DNA of 64,000 nucleotides from Auanema rhodensis (lineage: Eukaryota > Animalia > Nematoda). Below the pieces are notes generated by a model. It had not been told where the DNA came from and did no database searches. It worked only from the letters and a program-made list of their open reading frames with translations. Below are positions 10,701-23,700 of this stretch, piece by piece. Made by a program: the position numbers and the translations under genes. Position 1 is the stretch's first letter. Every line of letters starts with the position of its first letter. The stretch is taken from positions 10,540,001 to 10,604,000 of the forward strand of contig OZ059899.1 of NCBI GenBank assembly GCA_964057225.1, written 5' to 3'.

Positions 10701-12750
10701 GGATGGAAATTAGAAAGAAAAGAACTAGTTTTTCCTATTTTAAAACAAACAAAAAAAAATAAAATGAAAAAGATTGTTAGATATCCAATTTAAACTTATA
10801 CATTTACTTCGATAAAGAGCCTATTAGTTTGAAATTTTATGTCTTACAGTTCTCCAACAGAACAGACTGATCCTGATTTCTCTATGATTATATAAAACTC
10901 TCGTTTGATATAAAAAAAGAAGAGGAATAACGTTTCCAGGATGTCAATGATATCGAATCTAGTGATATTGTAGAAAAATGTAATGTCAGCTCCATAGGTT
11001 TTCTCTTAATTTCTCTCATCACAATTGTCTCAGTTTTTTTTCTCATAAGAGTTTCTGAAATCTTAGGTGAACAAGGCCGTATATATTTTTTTCTGGAATT
11101 CGAAAGCATTTGGGATGGAAATTAGAAAGAAAAGAACTAGTTTTTCCTATTTTAAAACAAACAAAAAAAAATAAAATGAAAAAGATTGTTAGATATCCAA
11201 TTTAAACTTATACATTTACTTCGATAAAGAGCCTATTAGTTTGAAATTTTATGTCTTACAGTTCTCCTACAGAACAGACTGATCCTGATTTCTCTATGAT
11301 TACATCAAACTCTCGTTCGATATAAAAAAAAGAAGAGGAATAACGTTTCCAGGATGTCATTGATATCGAATCTAGTGATATTGTAAAAAAATGTAATGTC
11401 AGCTCCATAGGTTTTCTCTTAATTTCTCTCATCACAATTGTCTTAGTTTTTTTTCTCATAAGAGTTTCTGAAATCTTAGGTGAACAAGGCCGTATATATT
11501 TTTTTCTGGAATTCGAAAGCATTTGGGATGGAAATTAGAAAGAAAAGAACTAGTTTTTCCTATTTTAAAACAAACAAAAAAAAATAAAATGAAAAAGATT
11601 GTTAGATATCCAATTTAAACTTATACATTTACTTCGATAAAGAGCCTATTAGTTTGAAATTTTATGTCTTACAGTTCTCCAACAGAACAGACTGATCCTG
11701 ATTTCTCTATGATTATATAAAACTCTCGTTTGATATAAAAAAAGAAGAAGAATAACGTTTCCAGGATGTCAATGATATCGAATCTAGTGATATTGTAGAA
11801 AAATGTAATGTCAGCTCCATAGGTTTTCTCTTAATTTCTCTCATCACAATTGTCTTAGTTTTTTTTCTCATAAGAGTTTCTGAAATCTTAGGTGAACAAG
11901 GCCGTATATATTTTTTTCTGGAAATCGAAAGCATTTGGGATGGAAATTAGAAAGAAAAGAACTAGTTTTTCCTATTTTAAAACAAACAAAAAAAAATAAA
12001 ATGAAAAAGATTGTTAGATATCCAATTTAAACTTATACATTTACTTCGATAAAGAGCCTATTAGTTTGAAATTTTATGTCTTACAGTTCTCCAACAGAAC
12101 AGACTGATCCTGATTTCTCTATGATTATATAAAACTCTCGTTTGATATAAAAAAAGAAGAGGAATAACGTTTCCAGGATGTCAATGATATCGAATCTAGT
12201 GATATTGTAGAAGAATGTAATGTCAGCTCCATAGGTTTTCTCTTAATTTCTCTCATCACAATTGTCTTAGTTTTTTTTCTCATAAGAGTTTCTGAAATCT
12301 TAGGTGAACAAGGCCGTATATATTTTTTTCTGGAATTCGAAAGCATTTGGGATGGAAATTAGAAAGAAAAGAACTAGTTTTTCCTATTCTAAAACAAACA
12401 AAAAAAAATAAAATGAAAAAGATTGTTAGATATCCAATTTAAACTTATACATTTACTTCGATAAAGAGCCCATTAGTTTGAAATTTTATGTCTTACAGTT
12501 CTCCAACAGAACAGACTGATCCTGATTTCTCTATGATTACATAAAACTCTCGTTTGATATAAAAAAGAAGAGGAATAACGTTTCCAGGATGTCAATGATA
12601 TCGAATCTAGTGATATTGTAGAAAAATGTAATGTCAGCTCCATAGGTTTTCTCTTAATTTCTCTCATCACAATTGTCTTAGTTTTTTTTCTCATAAGAGT
12701 TTCTGAAATCTTACGTGAACAAGGCCGTATATTTTTTTTTCTGGAATTCG
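7800..12750 (+). repeat. Higher-order repeat: 2472-bp hexamer x2, tRNA-less; boundaries approximate
   Basis: Variant units recur at +2472 (ORF track 9241/11713, 9653/12125, 10001/12473), as does the marker GGGAAGG at ~7817/10288. Confidence 0.85.
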
Positions 12751-12899
12751 AAAGCATTTGGGATGGAAATTAGAAAGAAAAGAACTAGTTTTTCCTACTT
12801 TAAAACGAACAATAAGAAATAAAATAAAAAAGATTGTTAGATATCCAATTTAAACTTATACATTTACTTCGATAAAGAGCCTATTAGTTTGAAATTTTA

Positions 12900-15800
12900 T
12901 GTCTTACAGTTCTCCAACAGAACAGACTGATCCTGATTTCTCTATGATTACATAAAACTCTCGTTTGATATAAAAAAAGAAGAGGAATAACGTTTCCAGG
13001 ATGTCAATGATATCGAATCTAGTGATATTGTAGAAAAATGTAATGTCAGCTCCATAGGTTTTCTCTTAATTTCTCTCATCACAATTGTCTTAGTTTTTTT
13101 CCATAAGAGTTTCTGAAATCTTACTTGACCAAGGCCTTATATATTTTTCTGGAATTCGAAAGTATTTAGGATGGAAATTAAAAAGAAAAGAACTAGTTTT
13201 TCCTACTTTAAAACAAACAATAAGAAATAAAATAAAAAAGATTGTTAGATATCCAATTTAAACTTATACATTTACTTTGATAAAGAGCCTATTAGTTTGA
13301 AATTTTATGTCTTACAGTTCTCCAACAGAACAGACTGATCCTGATTTCTCTATGATTACATAAAACTCTCGTTTGATATAAAAAAAGAAGAGGAATAACG
13401 TTTCCAGGATGTCAATGATATCGAATCTAGTGATATTGTAGAAAAATGTAATGTCAGCTCCATAGGTTTTCTCTTAATTTCTCTCATCACAATTGTCTTA
13501 GTTTTTTTTCTCATTAGAGTTTCTGAAATCTTAGGTGAACAAGGCCGTATATATTTTTTTCTGGAATTCGAAAGCATTTGGGATGGACATTAGAAGAAAA
13601 AGAACTAGTTTTTCCTACTTTAAAACAAACAAAAAAAAATAAAATGAAAAAGATTGTTAGATATCCAATTTAAACTTATACATTTACTTTGATAAAGAGC
13701 CTATTAGTTTGAAATTTTATGTCTTACAGTTCTCCAACAGAACAGACTGATCCTGATTTCTCTATGATTACATAAAACTCTCGTTTGATATAAAAAAAGA
13801 AGAGGAATAACGTTTCCAGGATATCAATGATATCGAATCTAGTGATATTGTAGAAAAATGTAATGTCAGCTCCATAGTTTTTCTCTTAATTTCTCTCATC
13901 ACAATAGTCTTATTTTTTTTTCATAAGAGTTTCTGAAATCTTAGTTGAACAAGGCCGTATATATATTTTCCTGGAATTCGAAAGCATTTGGGATGGAAAT
14001 TAGAAAGAAAAGAACTAGTTTTTCCTACTTTAAAACGAACAATAAGAAATAAAATAAAAAAGATTGTTAGATATCCAATTTAAACTTATACATTTACTTC
14101 GATAAAGAGCCTATTAGTTTGAAATTTTATGTCTTACAGTTCTCCAACAGAACAGACTGATCCTGATTTCTCTATGATTACATAAAACTCTTGTTTGATA
14201 TACAAAAAGGAGAGGAATAACGTTTCCAGGATATCAATGATATCGAATCTAGTGATATTGTAGAAAAATGTAATGTCAGCTCCATAGGTTTTCTCTTAAT
14301 TTCTCTCATCACAATTGTCTTAGTTTTTTTTCTCATAAGAGTTTCTGAAATCTTAGGTGAACAAGGCCGTATATATTTTTTTCTGGAATTCGAAAGCATT
14401 TGGGATGGAAATTAGAAAGAAAAGAACTAGTTTTTCCTATTTTAAAACAAACAAAAAAAAATAAAATGAAAAAGATTGTTAGATATCCAATTTAAACATA
14501 TACATTTACTTCGATAAAGAGCCTATTAGTTTGAAATTTTATGTCTTACAGTTCTCCAACAGAACAGACTGATCCTGATTTCTCTATGATTACATAAAAC
14601 TCTCGTTTGATATAAAAAAAGAAGAGGAATAACGTTTCCAGGATGTCAATGATATCGAATCTAGTGATATTGTAGAAAAATGTAATGTCAGCTCCATAGG
14701 TTTTCTCTTAATTTCTCTCATCACAATTGTCTTAGTTTTTTTTCTCATAAGAGTTTCTGAAATCTTAGGTGAACAAGGCCGTATATATTTTTTTCTGGAA
14801 TTCGAAAGCATTTGGGATGGAAATTAGAAAGAAAAGAACTAGTTTTTCCTATTTTAAAACAAACAAAAAAAAATAAAATGAAAAAGATTGTTAGATATCC
14901 AATTTAAACTTATACATTTACTTCGATAAAGAGCCTATTAGTTTGAAATTTTATGTCTTACAGTTCTCCTACAGAACAGACTGATCCTGATTTCTCTATG
15001 ATTACATCAAACTCTCGTTCGATATAAAAAAAAGAAGAGGAATAACGTTTCTAGGATGTCATTGATATCGAATCTAGTGATATTGTAAAAAAATGTAATG
15101 TCAGCTCCATAGGTTTTCTCTTAATTTCTCTCATCACAATTGTCTTAGTTTTTTTTCTCATAAGAGTTTCTGAAATCTTAGGTGAACAAGGCCGTATATA
15201 TTTTTTTCTGGAATTCGAAAGCATTTGGGATGGAAATTAGAAAGAAAAGAACTAGTTTTTCCTATTTTAAAACAAACAAAAAAAAAAAAAATGAAAAAGA
15301 TTGTTAGATATCCAATTTAAACTTATACATTTACTTCGATAAAGAGCCTATTAGTTTGAAATTTTATGTCTTACAGTTCTCCAACAGAACAGACTGATCC
15401 TGATTTCTCTATGATTACATAAAACTCTCGTTTGATATAAAAAAAGAAGAGGAATAACGTTTCCAGGATGTCAATGATATCGAATCTAGTGATATTGTAG
15501 AAAAATGTAATGTCAGCTCCATAGGTTTTCTCTTAATTTCTCTCATCACAATTGTCTTAGTTTTTTTCCATAAGAGTTTCTGAAATCTTACTTGACCAAG
15601 GCCTTATATATTTTTCTGGAATTCGAAAGTATTTAGGATGGAAATTAAAAAGAAAAGAACTAGTTTTTCCTACTTTAAAACAAACAATAAGAAATAAAAT
15701 AAAAAAGATTGTTAGATATCCAATTTAAACTTATACATTTACTTTGATAAAGAGCCTATTAGTTTGAAATTTTATGTCTTACAGTTCTCCAACAGAACAG

Positions 15801-17750
15801 ACTGATCCTGATTTCTCTATGATTACATAAAACTCTCGTTTGATATAAAAAAAGAAGAGGAATAACGTTTCCAGTATGTCAATGATATCGAATCTAGTGA
15901 TATTGTAGAAAAATGTAATGTCAGCTCCATAGGTTTTCTCTTAATTTCTCTCATCACAATTGTCTTAGTTTTTTTTCTCATTAGAGTTTCTGAAATCTTA
16001 GGTGAACAAGGCCGTATATATTTTTTTCTGGAATTCGAAAGCATTTGGGATGGACATTAGAAGAAAAAGAACTAGTTTTTCCTACTTTAAAACAAACAAA
16101 AAAAAATAAAATGAAAAAGATTGTTAGATATCCAATTTAAACTTATACATTTACTTTGATAAAGAGCCTATTAGTTTGAAATTTTATGTCTTACAGTTCT
16201 CCAACAGAACAGACTGATCCTGATTTCTCTATGATTACATAAAACTCTCGTTTGATATAAAAAAAGAAGAGGAATAACGTTTCCAGGATATCAATGATAT
16301 CGAATCTAGTGATATTGTAGAAAAATGTAATGTCAGCTCCATAGTTTTTCTCTTAATTTCTCTCATCACAATAGTCTTATTTTTTTTTCATAAGAGTTTC
16401 TGAAATCTTAGTTGAACAAGGCCGTATATATATTTTCCTGGAATTCGAAAGCATTTGGGATGGAAATTAGAAAGAAAAGAACTAGTTTTTCCTACTTTAA
16501 AACGAACAATAAGAAATAAAATAAAAAAGATTGTTAGATATCCAATTTAAACTTATACATTTACTTCGATAAAGAGCCTATTAGTTTGAAATTTTATGTC
16601 TTACAGTTCTCCAACAGAACAGACTGATCCTGATTTCTCTATGATTACATAAAACTCTTGTTTGATATACAAAAAGGAGAGGAATAACGTTTCCAGGATA
16701 TCAATGATATCGAATCTAGTGATATTGTAGAAAAATGTAATGTCAGCTCCATAGGTTTTCTCTTAATTTCTCTCATCACAATTGTCTTAGTTTTTTTTCT
16801 CATAAGAGTTTCTGAAATCTTAGGTGAACAAGGCCGTATATATTTTTTTCTGGAATTCGAAAGCATTTGGGATGGAAATTAGAAAGAAAAGAACTAGTTT
16901 TTCCTATTTTAAAACAAACAAAAAAAAATAAAATGAAAAAGATTGTTAGATATCCAATTTAAACATATACATTTACTTCGATAAAGAGCCTATTAGTTTG
17001 AAATTTTATGTCTTACAGTTCTCCAACAGAACAGACTGATCCTGATTTCTCTATGATTACATAAAACTCTCGTTTGATATAAAAAAAGAAGAGGAATAAC
17101 GTTTCCAGGATGTCAATGATATCGAATCTAGTGATATTGTAGAAAAATGTAATGTCAGCTCCATAGGTTTTCTCTTAATTTCTCTCATCACAATTGTCTT
17201 AGTTTTTTTTCTCATAAGAGTTTCTGAAATCTTAGGTGAACAAGGCCGTATATATTTTTTTCTGGAATTCGAAAGCATTTGGGATGGAAATTAGAAAGAA
17301 AAGAACTAGTTTTTCCTATTTTAAAACAAACAAAAAAAAATAAAATGAAAAAGATTGTTAGATATCCAATTTAAACTTATACATTTACTTCGATAAAGAG
17401 CCTATTAGTTTGAAATTTTATGTCTTACAGTTCTCCTACAGAACAGACTGATCCTGATTTCTCTATGATTACATCAAACTCTCGTTCGATATCAAAAAAA
17501 GAAGAGGAATAACGTTTCTAGGATGTCATTGATATCGAATCTAGTGATATTGTAAAAAAATGTAATGTCAGCTCCATAGGTTTTCTCTTAATTTCTCTCA
17601 TCACAATTGTCTTAGTTTTTTTTCTCATAAGAGTTTCTGAAATCTTAGGTGAACAAGGCCGTATATATTTTTTTCTGGAATTCGAAAGCATTTGGGATGG
17701 AAATTAGAAAGAAAAGAACTAGTTTTTCCTATTTTAAAACAAACAAAAAA
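12900..17750 (+). repeat. Higher-order repeat: 2467-bp hexamer x2, tRNA-less; boundaries approximate
   Basis: 13356/15823, 14178/16645 and 14590/17057 share private variants (CTCTTGTTTG, AAACATATAC, TTTCTAGG). Confidence 0.85.
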
Positions 17751-20700
17751 AAATAAAATGAAAAAGATTGTTAGATATCCAATTTAAACTTATACATTTA
17801 CTTCGATAAAGAGCCTATTAGTTTGAAATTTTATGTCTTACAGTTCTCCAACAGAACAGACTGATCCTGATTTCTCTATGATTATATAAAACTCTCGTTT
17901 GATATAAAAAAAGAAGAGGAATAACGTTTCCAGGATGTCAATGATATCGAATCTAGTGATATTGTAGAAAAATGTAATGTCAGCTCCATAGGTTTTCTCT
18001 TAATTTCTCTCATCACAATTGTCTTAGTTTTTTTTCTCATAAGAGTTTCTGAAATCTTAGGTGAACAAGGCCGTATATATTTTTTTCTGGAAATCGAAAG
18101 CATTTGGGATGGAAATTAGAAAGAAAAGAACTAGTTTTTCCTATTTTAAAACAAACAAAAAAAAATAAAATGAAAAAGATTGTTAGATATCCAATTTAAA
18201 CTTATACATTTACTTCGATAAAGAGCCTATTAGTTTGAAATTTTATGTCTTACAGTTCTCCAACAGAACAGACTGATCCTGATTTCTCTATGATTATATA
18301 AAACTCTCGTTTGATATAAAAAAAGAAGAGGAATAACGTTTCCAGGATGTCAATGATATCGAATCTAGTGATATTGTAGAAGAATGTAATGTCAGCTCCA
18401 TAGGTTTTCTCTTAATTTCTCTCATCACAATTGTCTTAGTTTTTTTTCTCATAAGAGTTTCTGAAATCTTAGGTGAACAAGGCCGTATATATTTTTTTCT
18501 GGAATTCGAAAGCATTTGGGATGGAAATTAGAAAGAAAAGAACTAGTTTTTCCTATTCTAAAACAAACAAAAAAAAATAAAATGAAAAAGATTGTTAGAT
18601 ATCCAATTTAAACTTATACATTTACTTCGATAAAGAGCCCATTAGTTTGAAATTTTATGTCTTACAGTTCTCCAACAGAACAGACTGATCCTGATTTCTC
18701 TATGATTACATAAAACTCTCGTTTGATATAAAAAAGAAGAGGAATAACGTTTCCAGGATGTCAATGATATCGAATCTAGTGATATTGTAGAAAAATGTAA
18801 TGTCAGCTCCATAGGTTTTCTCTTAATTTCTCTCATCACAATTGTCTTAGTTTTTTTTCTCATAAGAGTTTCTGAAATCTTAGGTGAACAAGGCCGTATA
18901 TATTTTTTTCTGGAATTCGAAAGCATTTGGGATGGAAATTAGAAAGAAAAGAACTAGTTTTTCCTACTTTAAAACGAACAATAAGAAATAAAATGAAAAA
19001 GATTGTTAGATATCCAATTTAAACTTATACATTTACTTCGATAAAGAGCCTATTAGTTTGAAATTTTATGTCTTACAGTTCTCCAACAGAACAGACTGAT
19101 CCTGATTTCTCTATGATTACATAAAACTCTCGTTTGATATAAAAAAAGAAGAGGAATAACGTTTCCAGGATGTCAATGATATCGAATCTAGTGATATTGT
19201 AAAAAAATGTAATGTCAGCTCCATAGGTTTTCTCTTAATTTCTCTCATCACAATTGTCTTAGTTTTTTTTCTCATAAGAGTTTCTGAAATCTTAGGTGAA
19301 CAAGGCCGTATATATTTTTTTCTGGAATTCGAAAGCATTTGGGAAGGAAATTAGAAAGAAAAGAACTAGTTTTTCCTACTTTAAAACAAATAATAAGAAA
19401 TAAAATAAAAAAGATTGTTAGATATCCAATTTAAACTTATACATTTACTTCGATAAAGAGCCTATTAGTTTGAAATTTTATGTCTTACAGTTCTCCAACA
19501 GAACAGACTGATCCTGATTTCTCTATGATTATATAAAACTCTCGTTTGATATAAAAAAAGAAGAGGAATAACGTTTCCAGGATGTCAATGATATCGAATC
19601 TAGTGATATTGTAGAAAAATGTAATGTCAGCTCCATAGGTTTTCTCTTAATTTCTCTCATCACAATTGTCTTAGTTTTTTTTCTCATAAGAGTTTCTGAA
19701 ATCTTAGGTGAACAAGGCCGTATATATTTTTCTCTGGAAATCGAAAGCTTTTGGGATGGAAATTAGAAAGAAAAGAACTAGTTTTTCCTATTTTAAAACA
19801 AACAAAAAAAAATAAAATGAAAAAGATTGTTAGATATCCAATTTAAACTTATACATTTACTTCGATAAAGAGCCTATTAGTTTGAAATTTTATGTCTTAC
19901 AGTTCTCCAACAGAACAGACTGATCCTGATTTCTCTATGATTATATAAAACTCTCGTTTGATATAAAAAAAGAAGAGGAATAACGTTTCCAGGATGTCAA
20001 TGATATCGAATCTAGTGATATTGTAGAAAAATGTAATGTCAGCTCCATAGGTTTTCTCTTAATTTCTCTCATCACAATTGTCTTAGTTTTTTTTCTCATA
20101 AGAGTTTCTGAAATCTTAGGTGAACAAGGCCGTATATATTTTTTTCTGGAATTCGAAAGCATTTGGGATGGAAATTAGAAAGAAAAGAACTAGTTTTTCC
20201 TATTTTAAAACAAACAAAAAAAAATAAAATGAAAAAGATTGTTAGATATCCAATTTAAACTTATACATTTACTTCGATAAAGAGCCTATTAGTTTGAAAT
20301 TTTATGTCTTACAGTTCTCCTACAGAACAGACTGATCCTGATTTCTCTATGATTACATCAAACTCTCGTTCGATATAAAAAAAAGAAGAGGAATAACGTT
20401 TCCAGGATGTCATTGATATCGAATCTAGTGATATTGTAAAAAAATGTAATGTCAGCTCCATAGGTTTTCTCTTAATTTCTCTCATCACAATTGTCTTAGT
20501 TTTTTTTCTCATAAGAGTTTCTGAAATCTTAGGTGAACAAGGCCGTATATATTTTTTTCTGGAATTCGAAAGCATTTGGGATGGAAATTAGAAAGAAAAG
20601 AACTAGTTTTTCCTATTTTAAAACAAACAAAAAAAAATAAAATGAAAAAGATTGTTAGATATCCAATTTAAACTTATACATTTACTTCGATAAAGAGCCT

Positions 20701-23700
20701 ATTAGTTTGAAATTTTATGTCTTACAGTTCTCCAACAGAACAGACTGATCCTGATTTCTCTATGATTATATAAAACTCTCGTTTGATATGAAAAAAGAAG
20801 AGGAATAACGTTTCCAGGATGTCAATGATATCGAATCTAGTGATATTGTAGAAAAATGTAATGTCAGCTCCATAGGTTTTCTCTTAATTTCTCTCATCAC
20901 AATTGTCTTAGTTTTTTTTCTCATAAGAGTTTCTGAAATCTTAGGTGAACAAGGCCGTATATATTTTTTTCTGGAAATCGAAAGCATTTGGGATGGAAAT
21001 TAGAAAGAAAAGAACTAGTTCTTCCTATTTTAAAACAAACAAAAAAAAATAAAATGAAAAAGATTGTTAGATATCCAATTTAAACTTATACATTTACTTC
21101 GATAAAGAGCCTATTAGTTTGAAATTTTATGTCTTACAGTTCTCCAACAGAACAGACTGATCCTGATTTCTCTATGATTACATAAAACTCTCGTTTGATA
21201 TAAAAAAAGAAGAGGAATAACGTTTCCAGGATGTCAATGATATCGAATCTAGTGATATTGTAGAAGAATGTAATGTCAGCTCCATAGGTTTTCTCTTAAT
21301 TTCTCTCATCACAATTGTCTTAGTTTTTTTTCTCATAAGAGTTTCTGAAATCTTAGGTGAACAAGGCCGTATATATTTTTTTCTGGAATTCGAAAGCATT
21401 TGGGATGGAAATTAGAAAGAAAAGAACTAGTTTTTCCTATTCTAAAACAAACAAAAAAAAATAAAATGAAAAAGATTGTTAGATATCCAATTTAAACTTA
21501 TACATTTACTTCGATAAAGAGCCCATTAGTTTGAAATTTTATGTCTTACAGTTCTCCAACAGAACAGACTGATCCTGATTTCTCTATGATTATATAAAAC
21601 TCTCGTTTGATATAAAAAAAGAAGAGGAATAACGTTTCCAGGATGTCAATGATATCGAATCTAGTGATATTGTAGAAAAATGTAATGTCAGCTCCATAGG
21701 TTTTCTCTTAATTTCTCTCATCACAATTGTCTTAGTTTTTTTTCTCATAAGAGTTTCTGAAATCTTAGGTGAACAAGGCCGTATATATTTTTTTCTGGAA
21801 TTCGAAAGCATTTGGGATGGAAATTAGAAAGAAAAGAACTAGTTTTTCCTATTTTAAAACAAACAAAAAAAAATAAAATGAAAAAGATTGTTAGATATCC
21901 AATTTAAACTTATACATTTACTTCGATAAAGAGCCTATTAGTTTGAAATTTTATGTCTTACAGTTCTCCTACAGAACAGACTGATCCTGATTTCTCTATG
22001 ATTACATCAAACTCTCGTTCGATATAAAAAAAAGAAGAGGAATAACGTTTCCAGGATGTCATTGATATCGAATCTAGTGATATTGTAAAAAAATGTAATG
22101 TCAGCTCCATAGGTTTTCTCTTAATTTCTCTCATCACAATTGTCTTAGTTTTTTTTCTCATAAGAGTTTCTGAAATCTTAGGTGAACAAGGCCGTATATA
22201 TTTTTTTCTGGAATTCGAAAGCATTTGGGATGGAAATTAGAAAGAAAAGAACTAGTTTTTCCTATTTTAAAACAAACAAAAAAAAATAAAATGAAAAAGA
22301 TTGTTAGATATCCAATTTAAACTTATACATTTACTTCGATAAAGAGCCTATTAGTTTGAAATTTTATGTCTTACAGTTCTCCAACAGAACAGACTGATCC
22401 TGATTTCTCTATGATTATATAAAACTCTCGTTTGATATAAAAAAAGAAGAGGAATAACGTTTCCAGGATGTCAATGATATCGAATCTAGTGATATTGTAG
22501 AAAAATGTAATGTCAGCTCCATAGGTTTTCTCTTAATTTCTCTCATCACAATTGTCTTAGTTTTTTTTCTCATAAGAGTTTCTGAAATCTTAGGTGAACA
22601 AGGCCGTATATATTTTTTTCTGGAAATCGAAAGCATTTGGGATGGAAATTAGAAAGAAAAGAACTAGTTCTTCCTATTTTAAAACAAACAAAAAAAAATA
22701 AAATGAAAAAGATTGTTAGATATCCAATTTAAACTTATACATTTACTTCGATAAAGAGCCTATTAGTTTGAAATTTTATGTCTTACAGTTCTCCAACAGA
22801 ACAGACTGATCCTGATTTCTCTATGATTACATAAAACTCTCGTTTGATATAAAAAAAGAAGAGGAATAACGTTTCCAGGATGTCAATGATATCGAATCTA
22901 GTGATATTGTAGAAGAATGTAATGTCAGCTCCATAGGTTTTCTCTTAATTTCTCTCATCACAATTGTCTTAGTTTTTTTTCTCATAAGAGTTTCTGAAAT
23001 CTTAGGTGAACAAGGCCGTATATATTTTTTTCTGGAATTCGAAAGCATTTGGGATGGAAATTAGAAAGAAAAGAACTAGTTTTTCCTATTCTAAAACAAA
23101 CAAAAAAAAATAAAATGAAAAAGATTGTTAGATATCCAATTTAAACTTATACATTTACTTCGATAAAGAGCCCATTAGTTTGAAATTTTATGTCTTACAG
23201 TTCTCCAACAGAACAGACTGATCCTGATTTCTCTATGATTATATAAAACTCTCGTTTGATATAAAAAAAGAAGAGGAATAACGTTTCCAGGATGTCAATG
23301 ATATCGAATCTAGTGATATTGTAGAAAAATGTAATGTCAGCTCCATAGGTTTTCTCTTAATTTCTCTCATCACAATTGTCTTAGTTTTTTTTCTCATAAG
23401 AGTTTCTGAAATCTTAGGTGAACAAGGCCGTATATATTTTTTTCTGGAAATCGAAAGCTTTTGGGATGGAAATTAGAAAGAAAAGAACTAGTTTTTCCTA
23501 TTTTAAAACAAACAAAAAAAAATAAAATGAAAAAGATTGTTAGATATCCAATTTAAACTTATACATTTACTTCGATAAAGAGCCTATTAGTTTGAAATTT
23601 TATGTCTTACAGTTCTCCAACAGAACAGACTGATCCTGATTTCTCTATGATTATATAAAACTCTCGTTTGATATAAAAAAAGAAGAGGAATAACGTTTCC

